Source: Rhizobium sp. Q54
GTDB lineage: Bacteria; Pseudomonadota; Alphaproteobacteria; SMXQ01
Assembly (NCBI GenBank): GCA_945861615.1
Contig: CAMAVH010000003.1
Location: 1 to 59,446, forward strand
Direction: 5' to 3'
Length of the DNA: 59,446 bases
The translations under genes and the position numbers were made by a program. The notes beneath the pieces were generated by a model. That model made no database searches, had not been told where the DNA came from, and saw only the letters and a program-made list of their open reading frames with translations. The stretch's first letter is position 1. Each line of letters starts with the position of its first letter. Shown here in pieces: positions 37,128 through 45,964 of the stretch.

Positions 37128-39196
37128 AAATTCTCCTCACCCGCCCGCGCGCCGACGCCGAGGAGCTGGCCGAGCTGCTCGACGCGCGCGGCCATGAGGT
37201 GCTGCTCGAACCGTTGCTTGAGATCGTCGCCGTTCCGGGCGAACCGGTCGAGGCGAGCGACAGCCAGGCGCTCCTGTTCACCAGCGCCAACGGCGTGCGC
37301 GCGCTTCTGGCGCGCAACGCGGGCGATATTTCAGCGCTGCGTCACCTGCCGGTCTATACCGTCGGCGACGCCACCGGGCGCGCTGCGAAGGAGGCCGGTT
37401 TCGCCGAGGTGGTCTCCGCGTCCGGCGACGTGAAAGCGCTGGCCGCGCTGGTCGCTTCGCGGGTGCGGCCCGAAGCCGGCCCGCTGCTGCATGTCGCCGC
37501 GTCCGATGTCGCGGGCGATCTTGCCGGCCTGCTCGGCGCGCAGGGTTTCACGGTGACGCGCGCCGTGCTGTACGAAGCGAAGAAGGCCGAAGCCCTGTCG
37601 GCCGAGACCGCCGGCGCCTTGCGGCGCGGCGAGATTCCGGCGGCGCTGTTCTTTTCGCCGCGCACCGCCGCCGCCTTCGTCGCCCTCGCCGGCGCCGCCG
37701 ATCTGGCGCCCGCACTCGGCCGCACCACCGCCGTCTGTCTCAGTGCGGCGGTCGCCGACGCCATCGATGACCTGCCGGGCGCGGCGAGCTGGCGCGACAT
37801 CCTGACCGCCGCCGAACCGACGCAAGAGTCGCTCTTGTCGGCGCTCGACCGCTTCGTCGAACGCGAGACGCGGCCGAAGGCGCCATTGTCCGCGGCCCCG
37901 GCCGAGCGGCCCGATTCACCTTGGGCGACGGACAGCGCCGCGCCGGAAACGCCGGCCGGCGAGCCGTCCTCGCCGCTGCCGCCGCCGATCTTCGAAAGCC
38001 GCGCGTCGGCTGCGTCGTCATCATCGTCCGGGCCATCATCGGTCGGGCCGTCGCAAGAGCGCGTCTCCTGGCGAAGCCGCGCGGTTCTCGCCGTCGTCGC
38101 GCTGCTGTTGATCGGCGGCGTCGTGCTCTATCTCGCCAAGCCGGCGGCGCTGCAAAGCATCCTCGCGTTCGAATGGCTCAAAGGTCCGGACGCGGCGCTG
38201 ACGTCGCAACCGGCGCCTCGGCCGAGCGACGCGGGGACCGCCGAGCGTCCATCGACGCCGACGGAAGCCCTGACCGACGCAGCGCCCGACGCAGCGCCCG
38301 ACAGCGCTGCCGTGATCGATGCCCTGCGCCGCGAATTGGCGCTGACCACGGCGCGCTTGATGGAAGCCGATCGCGAGCCGATCGCGCCGCCTTACGAGGC
38401 GCCGCTGCAATCGCCGGTCGATCCCGAGGCCTCGCCGGAATTGCTGTCGCGTCTCGACGATCTCGAAGCGCGGCTTGGGCGCCTCGCCGATCGTCCGGCC
38501 GTCGCGTCGGAAAGCTTGCGCTATGCCACCGATGCATTTTCCGCGCGCCTCACGCGACTCGACGAGACGCTGAGCGCCTTGACTCAGAAGATCGAGTCGC
38601 AAAGCGCCGAACAGGAAGCCGAGCGTACCCGGACGGCGCGGGCCCAGACCCTGACCTTCGGCGCCTTGGCCTTGCGCGAATCGCTCGATCGCGGCACGCC
38701 CTTCGCCGATGCCCTCGTCGATCTGCGGCCGCTGACACAGGAGATGGGGCTCGCCGCGCAATTCGATCTTGTCCTGCCGGTCGCCGCCAAGGGTTTCGCC
38801 GCGCCGTCCGATCTGCGCGACCGTCTGATGGCGCTGGTTGCGAGCGTCATGCGCAGCGAAGCGGGCGTGCCCGACAGCGGCTTGTTCGCGCGGCTGTGGC
38901 GCAGCATGACCTCGGCCGTCGTGGTGCGCCGCGTCGCCGACGATGGCGCCATTCTCAACGCCGCCGATCCGGCCGATCGCTTGCTGTCGCGCGCCGAGCG
39001 GCGATTGGCCGCCGGGGATCTCGGCGAAGCCATCGCGCCGGTTGATGTGCTAGCCAAGCGCGGATCGCTGCCGGCGGAGGTGCGCGCCGCCCTGGACGCA
39101 TGGCTGGTCGATGCGCGCGCCCGCAATGCCGGCGAGCAATTGGCCGTGGCCCTTCTGCAGCGCGGCCTCGCGGCGCGCAACGGGGCTGCCCGATGA
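37124..39196 (+). CDS. hemD: Uroporphyrinogen-III synthase (HemD) domain fused in one ORF to an alphaproteobacterial Mic60/HemX-like (mitofilin-domain) membrane protein
   Basis: N-terminus MKILLTRPRADAEELAELLDARGHEVLLEPLLEI...LLFTSANGVRAL (HemD fold, about 235 aa). A Pro/Ser/Ala linker follows, then TM AVLAVVALLLIGGVVLYLA and a coiled-coil region. The C-terminus is ...RAERRLAAGDLGEAIAPVDVL...AWLVDARARNAGEQLAVALLQ. No in-frame stop and no Met between the two parts. Confidence 0.8.
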   Translation: MKILLTRPRADAEELAELLDARGHEVLLEPLLEIVAVPGEPVEASDSQALLFTSANGVRALLARNAGDISALRHLPVYTVGDATGRAAKEAGFAEVVSASGDVKALAALVASRVRPEAGPLLHVAASDVAGDLAGLLGAQGFTVTRAVLYEAKKAEALSAETAGALRRGEIPAALFFSPRTAAAFVALAGAADLAPALGRTTAVCLSAAVADAIDDLPGAASWRDILTAAEPTQESLLSALDRFVERETRPKAPLSAAPAERPDSPWATDSAAPETPAGEPSSPLPPPIFESRASAASSSSSGPSSVGPSQERVSWRSRAVLAVVALLLIGGVVLYLAKPAALQSILAFEWLKGPDAALTSQPAPRPSDAGTAERPSTPTEALTDAAPDAAPDSAAVIDALRRELALTTARLMEADREPIAPPYEAPLQSPVDPEASPELLSRLDDLEARLGRLADRPAVASESLRYATDAFSARLTRLDETLSALTQKIESQSAEQEAERTRTARAQTLTFGALALRESLDRGTPFADALVDLRPLTQEMGLAAQFDLVLPVAAKGFAAPSDLRDRLMALVASVMRSEAGVPDSGLFARLWRSMTSAVVVRRVADDGAILNAADPADRLLSRAERRLAAGDLGEAIAPVDVLAKRGSLPAEVRAALDAWLVDARARNAGEQLAVALLQRGLAARNGAAR

Positions 39197-40554
39197 TTCG
39201 CGCCATTGCCTATTTCCTCATGCTGGCGTCCGCCATCGCGGTCGCTGGCTGGTTCGCCTTGCGTCCCGGTGTGGTCACGCTCGAATGGCTCGGCTGGCAT
39301 ATCGAGGCGCCAATCGGCCTCGTCGTCGCCGCCGCGCTTCTCGCGTTCGTTCTGCTGCTCGTCCTTTGGCGAAGCTGGCGCTGGCTGTTCGGCGCGCCGC
39401 GACGCGTGCGCGATTGGCAGAAGAATCGTCGGCGAGAAGCCGGCCATGCCGAATTGACGCGCGGCATGATCGCGGTTGCCGCCGGCGACGCGACGACGGC
39501 GCGGCTCGCCGCCGAGCGCGCGCGTGGCCTCGCCGCGCCGGAAGACGGCTCGCTGTCCCTACTGCTGTCGGCCCAGGCGGCGCAACTGCTCGGCGACGAG
39601 GCCGAGGCGGCGCGTTGCTTCACGGCGATGCTGGCGCGCCCAGACACGGAATTTGTCGGTCTGCGCGGCCTTTTGGCGCAGGCCCAGCGCGCCGGCGAGC
39701 GCGACAAGGCCTTGGGCTTGGCGCGCCGGGCTTATGCGCTGAAGCCCGATACGCCCTGGTTGCTCGGCAGCATGTTCGATCTCTCGGTCCGCGCGGGCGA
39801 TTGGCGCGCTGCCGAGGACGCGGTGACGCGCGGCGAGCGCCGCCGCCTGCTCGCGCCGGCCCAAGCCCATCGCCAGTCGGCCTTGCTGGCGCATCTACAG
39901 GCGACCGAGGCCGAGCGCGCCGGCGATGCCCAAGGCGCGCTGCGTCACGCCCGCAAGGCTCACCGCGCCTGGCCGGACTCGGCGCCGCTCGCCGCGCATT
40001 TGGCGAAATTGCTGATTGCCGACGGTTCGCGCCGCGAGGCGGTGAAGACCATCGAGACGACCTGGCCGCTGATGCCGAGCGCCGAACTGGCGGCGCTCTA
40101 TCTCGACGCGCGCCACGAGCCCGATCCCTTGAAGGCCTTCGGCCGCATGGAGCGCCTCGTCAAGCTCGCGCCCGAGCATCTTGAAAGCCGCCTTGCCTTG
40201 GCGCGCGCCGCCATGGCGGCCAAGCTATGGGGCACGGCGCGCGGCCAGCTCGTCGCCGCGACCTTGCCGGAAAACGATCCTCCGGCGCGCGCCTGGCGCC
40301 TGCTCGCCGAGTTGGAACAGCTCGAACATCGCGACGAGGGCGCGGCGCGCCGCGCTCTCGACCGCGCCGCCACGGCGCGGTCCGACGAAGCCTGGACCTG
40401 CCGCGCCTGCAACGCGCGCACGGCGGAATGGTCGCCGATCTGCGGTTCCTGCGATGCGTTCGACAGTTTGGATTGGGCGAGTCAAACGCCGGTCAGCGCG
40501 CTCGCTGCGCCATCGGCACCGCTCACCTTGCGCGACGAGTTACCGCCGATTTAA
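39193..40554 (+). CDS. hemY: HemY-like membrane/TPR protein with C-terminal Cys4 ribbon
   Basis: The ATG at 39193 overlaps the upstream TGA (ATGA). The protein begins MIRAIAYFLMLASAIAVAGWF...LEWLGWHIE. It has two TM helices, TPR-like repeats and a C-terminal CRACNARTAEWSPICGSC. Confidence 0.85.
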   Translation: MIRAIAYFLMLASAIAVAGWFALRPGVVTLEWLGWHIEAPIGLVVAAALLAFVLLLVLWRSWRWLFGAPRRVRDWQKNRRREAGHAELTRGMIAVAAGDATTARLAAERARGLAAPEDGSLSLLLSAQAAQLLGDEAEAARCFTAMLARPDTEFVGLRGLLAQAQRAGERDKALGLARRAYALKPDTPWLLGSMFDLSVRAGDWRAAEDAVTRGERRRLLAPAQAHRQSALLAHLQATEAERAGDAQGALRHARKAHRAWPDSAPLAAHLAKLLIADGSRREAVKTIETTWPLMPSAELAALYLDARHEPDPLKAFGRMERLVKLAPEHLESRLALARAAMAAKLWGTARGQLVAATLPENDPPARAWRLLAELEQLEHRDEGAARRALDRAATARSDEAWTCRACNARTAEWSPICGSCDAFDSLDWASQTPVSALAAPSAPLTLRDELPPI

Positions 40555-40558
40555 AAGG

Positions 40559-40682
40559 CGCCGCTGGTTAGATGAACGGCGGGCCGATGATCCAGCCGAC
40601 CCCTCGCTCGCGCAGCGAGCAAAGACATTCATCGATGGTCGCCGCTGGTTAGATGAACGGCGGGCCGATGATCCAGCCGACC
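40559..40682. repeat. 43-bp perfect direct repeat (40559-40601 and 40640-40682) duplicating the 3' end and stop of the 2OG oxygenase gene
   Basis: cgccgctggttagatgaacggcgggccgatgatccagccgacc occurs twice, 81 nt apart. The 38-nt spacer contains the hairpin ctcgct-cgcgc-agcgag. Confidence 0.9.
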
Positions 40683-41245
40683 ATCGAGCGGCGCACGCCC
40701 TTGGTCACCGGCGTCACGCGATGCATGATGAAGGACGGAAAGATGATGACGGAGCCGCGCGCGCGGATGCCGTCGATCTTGACGAGCTTGTTTTCCTCGC
40801 CGGGATCCTTCAGTTCGAAATCGCCGCCTTCGTATTCGTCGCCGTCGGTCAGCTGCATCGTGTAGGACAGCTTGCGCGTCAGGCCTTTGTTGGCCCCCTC
40901 CTTGTAGGGATAGGGATGCTGATCGACATGCCAATGGTAATACTGGCCCGAGTTGTAGACGCCATATTGCACCGGCTCGACCGCCGACAGTTTGAAGTTC
41001 CAGTATTTCGTGTTGGCGGCGTTGATGAACTGCAAAATGTAATCGTAGATCCAGCTATAAGCCGGCTCTTGCGGGAAGAAAGTCAACTCGGTGCTGCGGA
41101 TCGAGGTGTCTTCGCGCTCGCCTTCGAACATGCCGACGGTGCCGGTCGCCTTGTGCGGCAGCTTTTCGCCCTCGGCGATCACCTTGTCGCAGAAGTCGGG
41201 CGGAAAGACCGCCTTCTGATAGACGTAATAGGGACGGATGTTCAT
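40649..41245 (-). CDS. 2OG-Fe(II) oxygenase (prolyl-4-hydroxylase-like, small phage-like type)
   Basis: 198 aa. HWHVD is the HxD motif, HRVTPV the distal His, and GVRRS the 2OG-binding Arg. Visibly more A/T-ending codons than the neighbouring genes. Confidence 0.85.
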   Translation of the reverse strand: MNIRPYYVYQKAVFPPDFCDKVIAEGEKLPHKATGTVGMFEGEREDTSIRSTELTFFPQEPAYSWIYDYILQFINAANTKYWNFKLSAVEPVQYGVYNSGQYYHWHVDQHPYPYKEGANKGLTRKLSYTMQLTDGDEYEGGDFELKDPGEENKLVKIDGIRARGSVIIFPSFIMHRVTPVTKGVRRSMVGWIIGPPFI

Positions 41246-41378
41246 GGCGCGACGGGCTCGGCGATGATGGAACGGCGACGCGGCTGGCGCGCGTCATCAG
41301 AACCCTAGCCCAGGGGGCGGCCGTCCGGCAAGCCAGGAGACGCCGCAGGAGTAAAAATACTCCTTTTCAATCAATGGC

Positions 41379-41392
41379 TTGATTTAGATCAA
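41379..41392 (-). promoter_or_regulatory. Perfect FNR/FixK-type box TTGATttagATCAA upstream of the 2OG oxygenase gene
   Basis: Exact TTGAT-N4-ATCAA, about 140 nt upstream of the ATG at 41245 and about 145 nt upstream of tRNA-Thr. A tatttt -10 candidate lies about 20 nt downstream on the minus strand. Confidence 0.45.
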
Positions 41393-41530
41393 GGAAACCA
41401 GGCCGAGGCCCGCCCTGGACGTTGGGGCGATGCGCTGCACGGTTTCCAGACGGCGGCGGCTATGCTACAACCCGCCCCCTTCGAGACGTTTGTCTCGCGC
41501 GGACCGCGATCTGCCGGTCCGTCAGGGTTT

Positions 41531-41605
<75 letters not shown>

Positions 41606-41676
41606 TCCTTCTCATCCCGCTCCCATCAGTTCGCTGCCGCTCCTCCAAGCCATCACGCAGTTGCTGTTCGCAATTC

Positions 41677-42552
41677 TCAAGGCGCGACTTCGATCGGCTG
41701 CACGGGGGCTGACCGCGCCACGGCGGCCGACGGTTCGGGGGCCACTTCGATGCTGCTATGAGACGGCATCGGCGGGGCGGCCGTGATCGGCTGTTCTGCC
41801 GTCTGCGTCAGCGGCGATATCAACTGCAGAATGTCGGCGCGCAGTTCGGCGCCGCGGTCGAGCGCCGGCGCGGCGACCCAGCTCAAGCCGGCGGCGGCGG
41901 CGAGAGAAATCCCGACGATGGCGCCGACCGTCAATCCCAGATGCGGATTGCCCGAAACCTGCGCGGCCCGCGGCGGAAAGGAATCGGGCGCGCGCGCATA
42001 AGCGGGGCGCCGCGCCGCGCTCTGCGTCAAAGGCGCATCCGCTACTGGCCGCTGCGGCCCATCGCCGTCATCCGTCCTGCGGTCAGCGGTCTGGGCCGGC
42101 GCGCGCGCGACGGACGCGAATCGCGCGGCTTGGCGCGGGGGCTCCGGCGGCAGGGCCGTGGGCGCTTCCTCGCGCGCCATCGCCGGGCGCGGTTCGTCGC
42201 GCGCCGCATCGCGCGCGGCGGCGCGCCGCACGTCGGCCTGCGCGTCATAGACATTGGCCGGCGGTTTGCCGACATAGCGGTAAAGCCCGGCGGCCGCGGC
42301 GCGCCGGCGGTCTTCTTGCGGGATCTGGATTTTCCGCCAGGGCGATTCGCCGGATTTGACGGGGCGGGGGGCCGGTCGCGACGGCGGCAGGGGCGCCGGT
42401 TGCGCCTGCGGGGCCTTCGACAAAACGCCATCGTTCTGCTGCTGACGCGCGCGCGGTTCGTCCGCTTGCGGCAAGGCGTCAGACGGAGAAGCGTCGAAAG
42501 ACCAGCGCTCTTGGCGGAGGGCCTTGTCGCCGTCGCGCAGGATTCGCTTCAC
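41677..42552 (-). CDS. Hypothetical Pro/Ala/Arg-rich protein with a single C-proximal TM helix
   Basis: The GTG at 42552 overlaps the Sel1-gene TGA (GTGA). GC3-rich codon pattern. TM helix LGLTVGAIVGISLAAAAGLSWVAA. I recognised no family. Confidence 0.5.
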   Translation of the reverse strand: MKRILRDGDKALRQERWSFDASPSDALPQADEPRARQQQNDGVLSKAPQAQPAPLPPSRPAPRPVKSGESPWRKIQIPQEDRRRAAAAGLYRYVGKPPANVYDAQADVRRAAARDAARDEPRPAMAREEAPTALPPEPPRQAARFASVARAPAQTADRRTDDGDGPQRPVADAPLTQSAARRPAYARAPDSFPPRAAQVSGNPHLGLTVGAIVGISLAAAAGLSWVAAPALDRGAELRADILQLISPLTQTAEQPITAAPPMPSHSSIEVAPEPSAAVARSAPVQPIEVAP

Positions 42553-43751
42553 GGTTCGCGCGCTCCGGTGCTGGCGCTTTGGCGCCAGAACTCGGCCATG
42601 CGCTCGTCGCGCGGCACGCCGCGTCCGGTGGCGTACATGTCGGCGAGCCGCGTGCGCGCCGGACCATATCCGGCGGCGGCGGCCTTCGAATACCAGGCGA
42701 GCGCGTCTGCGGGGCTGGCGGCGACGCCGCGTCCGGCATCGTACATCATGCCGAGATTGGTCTGCGCCGGCGCGTAATTCTGTATGGCGGCGCGGCGATA
42801 CCATTCGACGGCGGTGGCGTCGTCGCGCGCCACGCCACGACCGCTGGCATACATGAACCCGAGATTGTTCTGCGCCGCGGCATTGTCCTGCTCTGCGGCG
42901 GCGCGATACCAGCGCGCGGCTTCGGCGTCGTTCTGTGCCGTGCCTTTGCCGTTGGCCAGGCGATAGCCGAGATTGAAGGCGCCGTCGGCGCTGCCTTGTT
43001 CGGCGGCGGCGCGATAATGGCGCAAGGCTTCGGCATCGTTTGGGGCGCTGGCGGCGAGGCGCAAGGACTCGGCGGCGCTGGTCGCCGGTACTGCCGGCGG
43101 CACGGCGGCGGCGACCGGCGCGGAAGGCGGCGACGGCGGGGCCAGCGTCGGCGCTGCGGTGACCGCAGGCGCGGGCGCGGGCTGAGGCTCAGGCATTGCC
43201 GGCGCGGCGGCACGGGCGGGCGGCTCGCGCGGTGGCTGAACCACCGGACGCGCCGGTTCTGGCGGCGTCGCGCGCGGCCCGGCCAGTTCAGCGGCAACGG
43301 CGCGCGACAGCGCATCCTCGCGGTTCAACCGCTCACGCAAGGCGATCACTTTCGGGACGGCGTCGGCGATGCCGCTATCTGCGGCGCGGCCGTACCAGGA
43401 CAGGGCAATGGCCGTATTCTGCGCGACGCCATCGCCCTGTTCGTAACGGCCGGCCAAGCGATACATGGCATTGGCATCGCCGCGCATGGCGTCGATCTCG
43501 TCGGGCAGGCGCGCGGTTTCGCTCGGCGGCGCCGGGGGCGGCAAAAGGGACGATGGCAGCGCGCTTGCCGGCTCGCCGGCTTGCGGCTCGGTCGATCCGT
43601 CCATCAGCGCGCCGCGCGTCACGTCATTGACTTCGCCTTGCGTGACCTGGCCGAGAATGCGCGTTTCGTCGGCGACGGCAGGAAGCAGTCCGCCGACCAG
43701 AAATGCCGCGACCAGCGGCCAGCGCCAAGAACGCCCCGGAACAGAATGCAT
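42549..43751 (-). CDS. Secreted Sel1-repeat (SLR/TPR-like) protein
   Basis: Signal-like N-terminus RSWRWPLVAAFLVGGLLPAVA. One Sel1 repeat precedes a Pro-rich linker and five follow it (AFNLGYRLANGKG, AQNNLGFMYASGRGV, AQTNLGMMYDAGRGV, ...). Confidence 0.85.
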   Translation of the reverse strand: MHSVPGRSWRWPLVAAFLVGGLLPAVADETRILGQVTQGEVNDVTRGALMDGSTEPQAGEPASALPSSLLPPPAPPSETARLPDEIDAMRGDANAMYRLAGRYEQGDGVAQNTAIALSWYGRAADSGIADAVPKVIALRERLNREDALSRAVAAELAGPRATPPEPARPVVQPPREPPARAAAPAMPEPQPAPAPAVTAAPTLAPPSPPSAPVAAAVPPAVPATSAAESLRLAASAPNDAEALRHYRAAAEQGSADGAFNLGYRLANGKGTAQNDAEAARWYRAAAEQDNAAAQNNLGFMYASGRGVARDDATAVEWYRRAAIQNYAPAQTNLGMMYDAGRGVAASPADALAWYSKAAAAGYGPARTRLADMYATGRGVPRDERMAEFWRQSASTGAREP

Positions 43752-43924
43752 GAATCCTCGCTCTCGTCGAAACGGGGATTGTCGGGGCTATCGCGGGAAC
43801 CCGGCAGACTCAAATGGGTGACAGAAACGCGTTTTTTATGAGTCCGCCTTTCACGCTTTGCGCGCGCGCCTTCGGCTGATCACAGCGAGTTGCTCCAGGT
43901 TCCCACCGCTTGCGTCATAGAGGC

Positions 43925-43943
43925 CTTTACGCCGGCTTTACGC
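43925..43943 (+). promoter_or_regulatory. Candidate KdpE (OmpR-family) binding site: direct repeat CTTTACGC-N3-CTTTACGC (11-bp phasing)
   Basis: ctttacgccggctttacgc lies about 80 nt upstream of the first small ORF of the kdp cluster. It resembles the T-rich TTTA(C/T)A half-sites, 11 bp apart, known for E. coli KdpE. Confidence 0.45.
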
Positions 43944-44020
43944 AACGATCGCCAACTTCGCATAGCGCCTTGACGCGACTTCGCGCGACCGTCCTGGGCC
44001 TGACCTTGGAAGGAATTCCT

Positions 44021-44104
44021 ATGCTCGACCTTCTCTTCATCGGCCTCGGCTTGGCTTTCTTCGTGGCGATGGGCTTTTACCTCCTCGCCTGCGAACGCGC
44101 CTGA
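44021..44104 (+). CDS. Possible 27-aa KdpF-like hydrophobic micropeptide upstream of kdpF
   Basis: SD ggaagga lies before the ATG. MLDLLFIGLGLAFFVAMGFYLLACERA resembles KdpF (M.LDL....YLL.A). Only the last 28 codons of the 64-aa track ORF are plausible. Confidence 0.35.
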   Translation: MLDLLFIGLGLAFFVAMGFYLLACERA

Positions 44105-44131
44105 CCCTGCCGCACTCTCAAGGGATCACCC

Positions 44132-44221
44132 ATGACCCTCGATCTCATCTTGGGCGGCGTCGTCACGCTCGTCCTCTTCGTCTATCTCCTGGTCGCCCTG
44201 CTGCGCCCGGAAAAGTTCTAG
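44132..44221 (+). CDS. kdpF: K+-transporting ATPase subunit F
   Basis: [29 protein letters not shown] has the canonical YLL.ALLRPE.F ending and lies directly upstream of kdpA. Below the ORF-track cut-off. Confidence 0.8.
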   Translation: MTLDLILGGVVTLVLFVYLLVALLRPEKF

Positions 44222-44231
44222 GAGCCGCGCC

Positions 44232-45926
44232 ATGACCCTCGCAGGCTGGCTGCAGATCGCCCTCGCCGTCGGCGTCGTCCTCGCCACGGTGGTGCCGCTC
44301 GGCGCTTACATGACTCGCGTGTTCGACGGCCGCATCGCTTTCCTGGCGCCGATCGAAACTGCGCTCTACCGCATCGCCGGCGTCGATCCGGCGCGCGAGC
44401 AGCGCTGGAGCGCCTATGCGTTCGCCATGCTGGCGTTCAACGCCGCGGGCTTCGTCTTTCTCTATGGCGTTTTGCGCCTGCAAGATGTTCTGCCGCTCAA
44501 TCCGGCCGGCATGGCGGCGGTCACGCCCGATCTCGCCTTCAACACGGCGGTCAGCTTCGTCACCAACACCAACTGGCAGTCTTACGGCGGCGAAACCACG
44601 CTCAGCCATTTCAGCCAGATGGTCGGCCTGACGGTGCAGAACTTCCTCTCGACGGCGACCGGCATCGCGCTCGCCATCGCCTTTGCGCGCGGCTTTGCCC
44701 GCGCCCGCAGCGCGACCATCGGCAATTTCTGGGTCGATGTGACGCGCAGCACGCTCTATCTGCTGCTGCCGCTCGCCATTATCATGGCCCTCGTTCTCGT
44801 CGCCATGGGCATGCCGCAGAATTTCGCCGGCCCAATCGAGGCGACGACGCTGGAAGGCGCCAGCCAGGCCATCGCCCAAGGCCCGGTCGCCAGCCAAGTT
44901 GCCATCAAGATGCTCGGCTCGAACGGCGGCGGCTTTTTCAACGTCAACGCCGCGCATCCGTTCGAAAATCCGACCGCCTGGTCGAACCTGCTGCAGCTAT
45001 GGGCCATTCTCGCCATCGGCGCGGCGCTCACCGCGACCTTCGGCCGCATGGTCGGCGCCCGCGCCCAGGGTCGCGCTCTACTCGCCGCCATGGTTATCAT
45101 GCTCGTCGTCGGTCTCGGCGTGTCCTATTGGGCCGAAAGCGCCGGCAACCCCGGCTTCGTCGCCGCCGGCCTCGATTCGCCGGCCAACTGGGAAGGCAAG
45201 GAAACGCGCTTCGGCATCGCCAATTCGGCGATCTGGAGCGTCTTCACCACCGCCGCGTCGAACGGCTCGGTGAATGCCATGCACGACAGCTTCACGCCGC
45301 TTGGTGGCCTGGTGCCGCTGTTCAACATGGAGATCGGCGAGGTCATCATCGGTGGCGTCGGCGCCGGGCTATACGGCATCCTTCTCTACGCCATCATCGC
45401 CGTCTTCGTCGCCGGCCTGATGGTCGGCCGCACGCCGGAATATCTCGGCAAGAAGATCGGCGGCACCGAAGTGAAGCTGACCATGCTCGCCGTGCTCGTC
45501 AGCCCGCTCGCCTGCTTGTTCTTCACCGCGCTCGCCTGCGTCTGGCCGGGCGCGCTTGCCGGTCTCGCCAATGCCGGCCCGCACGGCTTTTCCGAATTGC
45601 TCTACGCCTACAGCTCGGCGGCGGGCAACAACGGCAGCGCCTTCGCCGGCCTCAGCGCGAACGTGCCCTTCTTCAACACGACGCTCGGCCTGACCATGCT
45701 GCTCGGTCGCTTCGCGTTGATCGTGCCGATGATGGCGGTGATCGGCCGCCTGGCGATGGCGCCGAAAGTCCCGGAAAGCGCCGGCACCTTCCCGACCACC
45801 GGCGCCCTGTGGATCGGCTTGCTGATCGGCGTGATCGTCATCGTCGGCGGCCTCACCTTCTTTCCGGCCTTGGCGCTCGGCCCGATCGTCGAGCATTTCG
45901 CCATGCAGGCCGGAGGCCTGTTTTAA
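44232..45926 (+). CDS. kdpA: K+-transporting ATPase subunit A
   Basis: 564 aa. [27 protein letters not shown]... [11 protein letters not shown] and [20 protein letters not shown] motifs. Confidence 0.95.
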   Translation: MTLAGWLQIALAVGVVLATVVPLGAYMTRVFDGRIAFLAPIETALYRIAGVDPAREQRWSAYAFAMLAFNAAGFVFLYGVLRLQDVLPLNPAGMAAVTPDLAFNTAVSFVTNTNWQSYGGETTLSHFSQMVGLTVQNFLSTATGIALAIAFARGFARARSATIGNFWVDVTRSTLYLLLPLAIIMALVLVAMGMPQNFAGPIEATTLEGASQAIAQGPVASQVAIKMLGSNGGGFFNVNAAHPFENPTAWSNLLQLWAILAIGAALTATFGRMVGARAQGRALLAAMVIMLVVGLGVSYWAESAGNPGFVAAGLDSPANWEGKETRFGIANSAIWSVFTTAASNGSVNAMHDSFTPLGGLVPLFNMEIGEVIIGGVGAGLYGILLYAIIAVFVAGLMVGRTPEYLGKKIGGTEVKLTMLAVLVSPLACLFFTALACVWPGALAGLANAGPHGFSELLYAYSSAAGNNGSAFAGLSANVPFFNTTLGLTMLLGRFALIVPMMAVIGRLAMAPKVPESAGTFPTTGALWIGLLIGVIVIVGGLTFFPALALGPIVEHFAMQAGGLF

Positions 45927-45964
45927 GTAATCATGCCGGCAATCTCTTCTAAATAGAGGACATC

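Noticed and set aside
43910-44020. First 37 codons of the 64-aa track ORF upstream of kdpF
   Set aside because: It has a non-ATG start and a basic, non-coding-looking sequence overlapping the putative KdpE site and promoter. Only the SD-preceded 27-codon C-terminal part is plausible.
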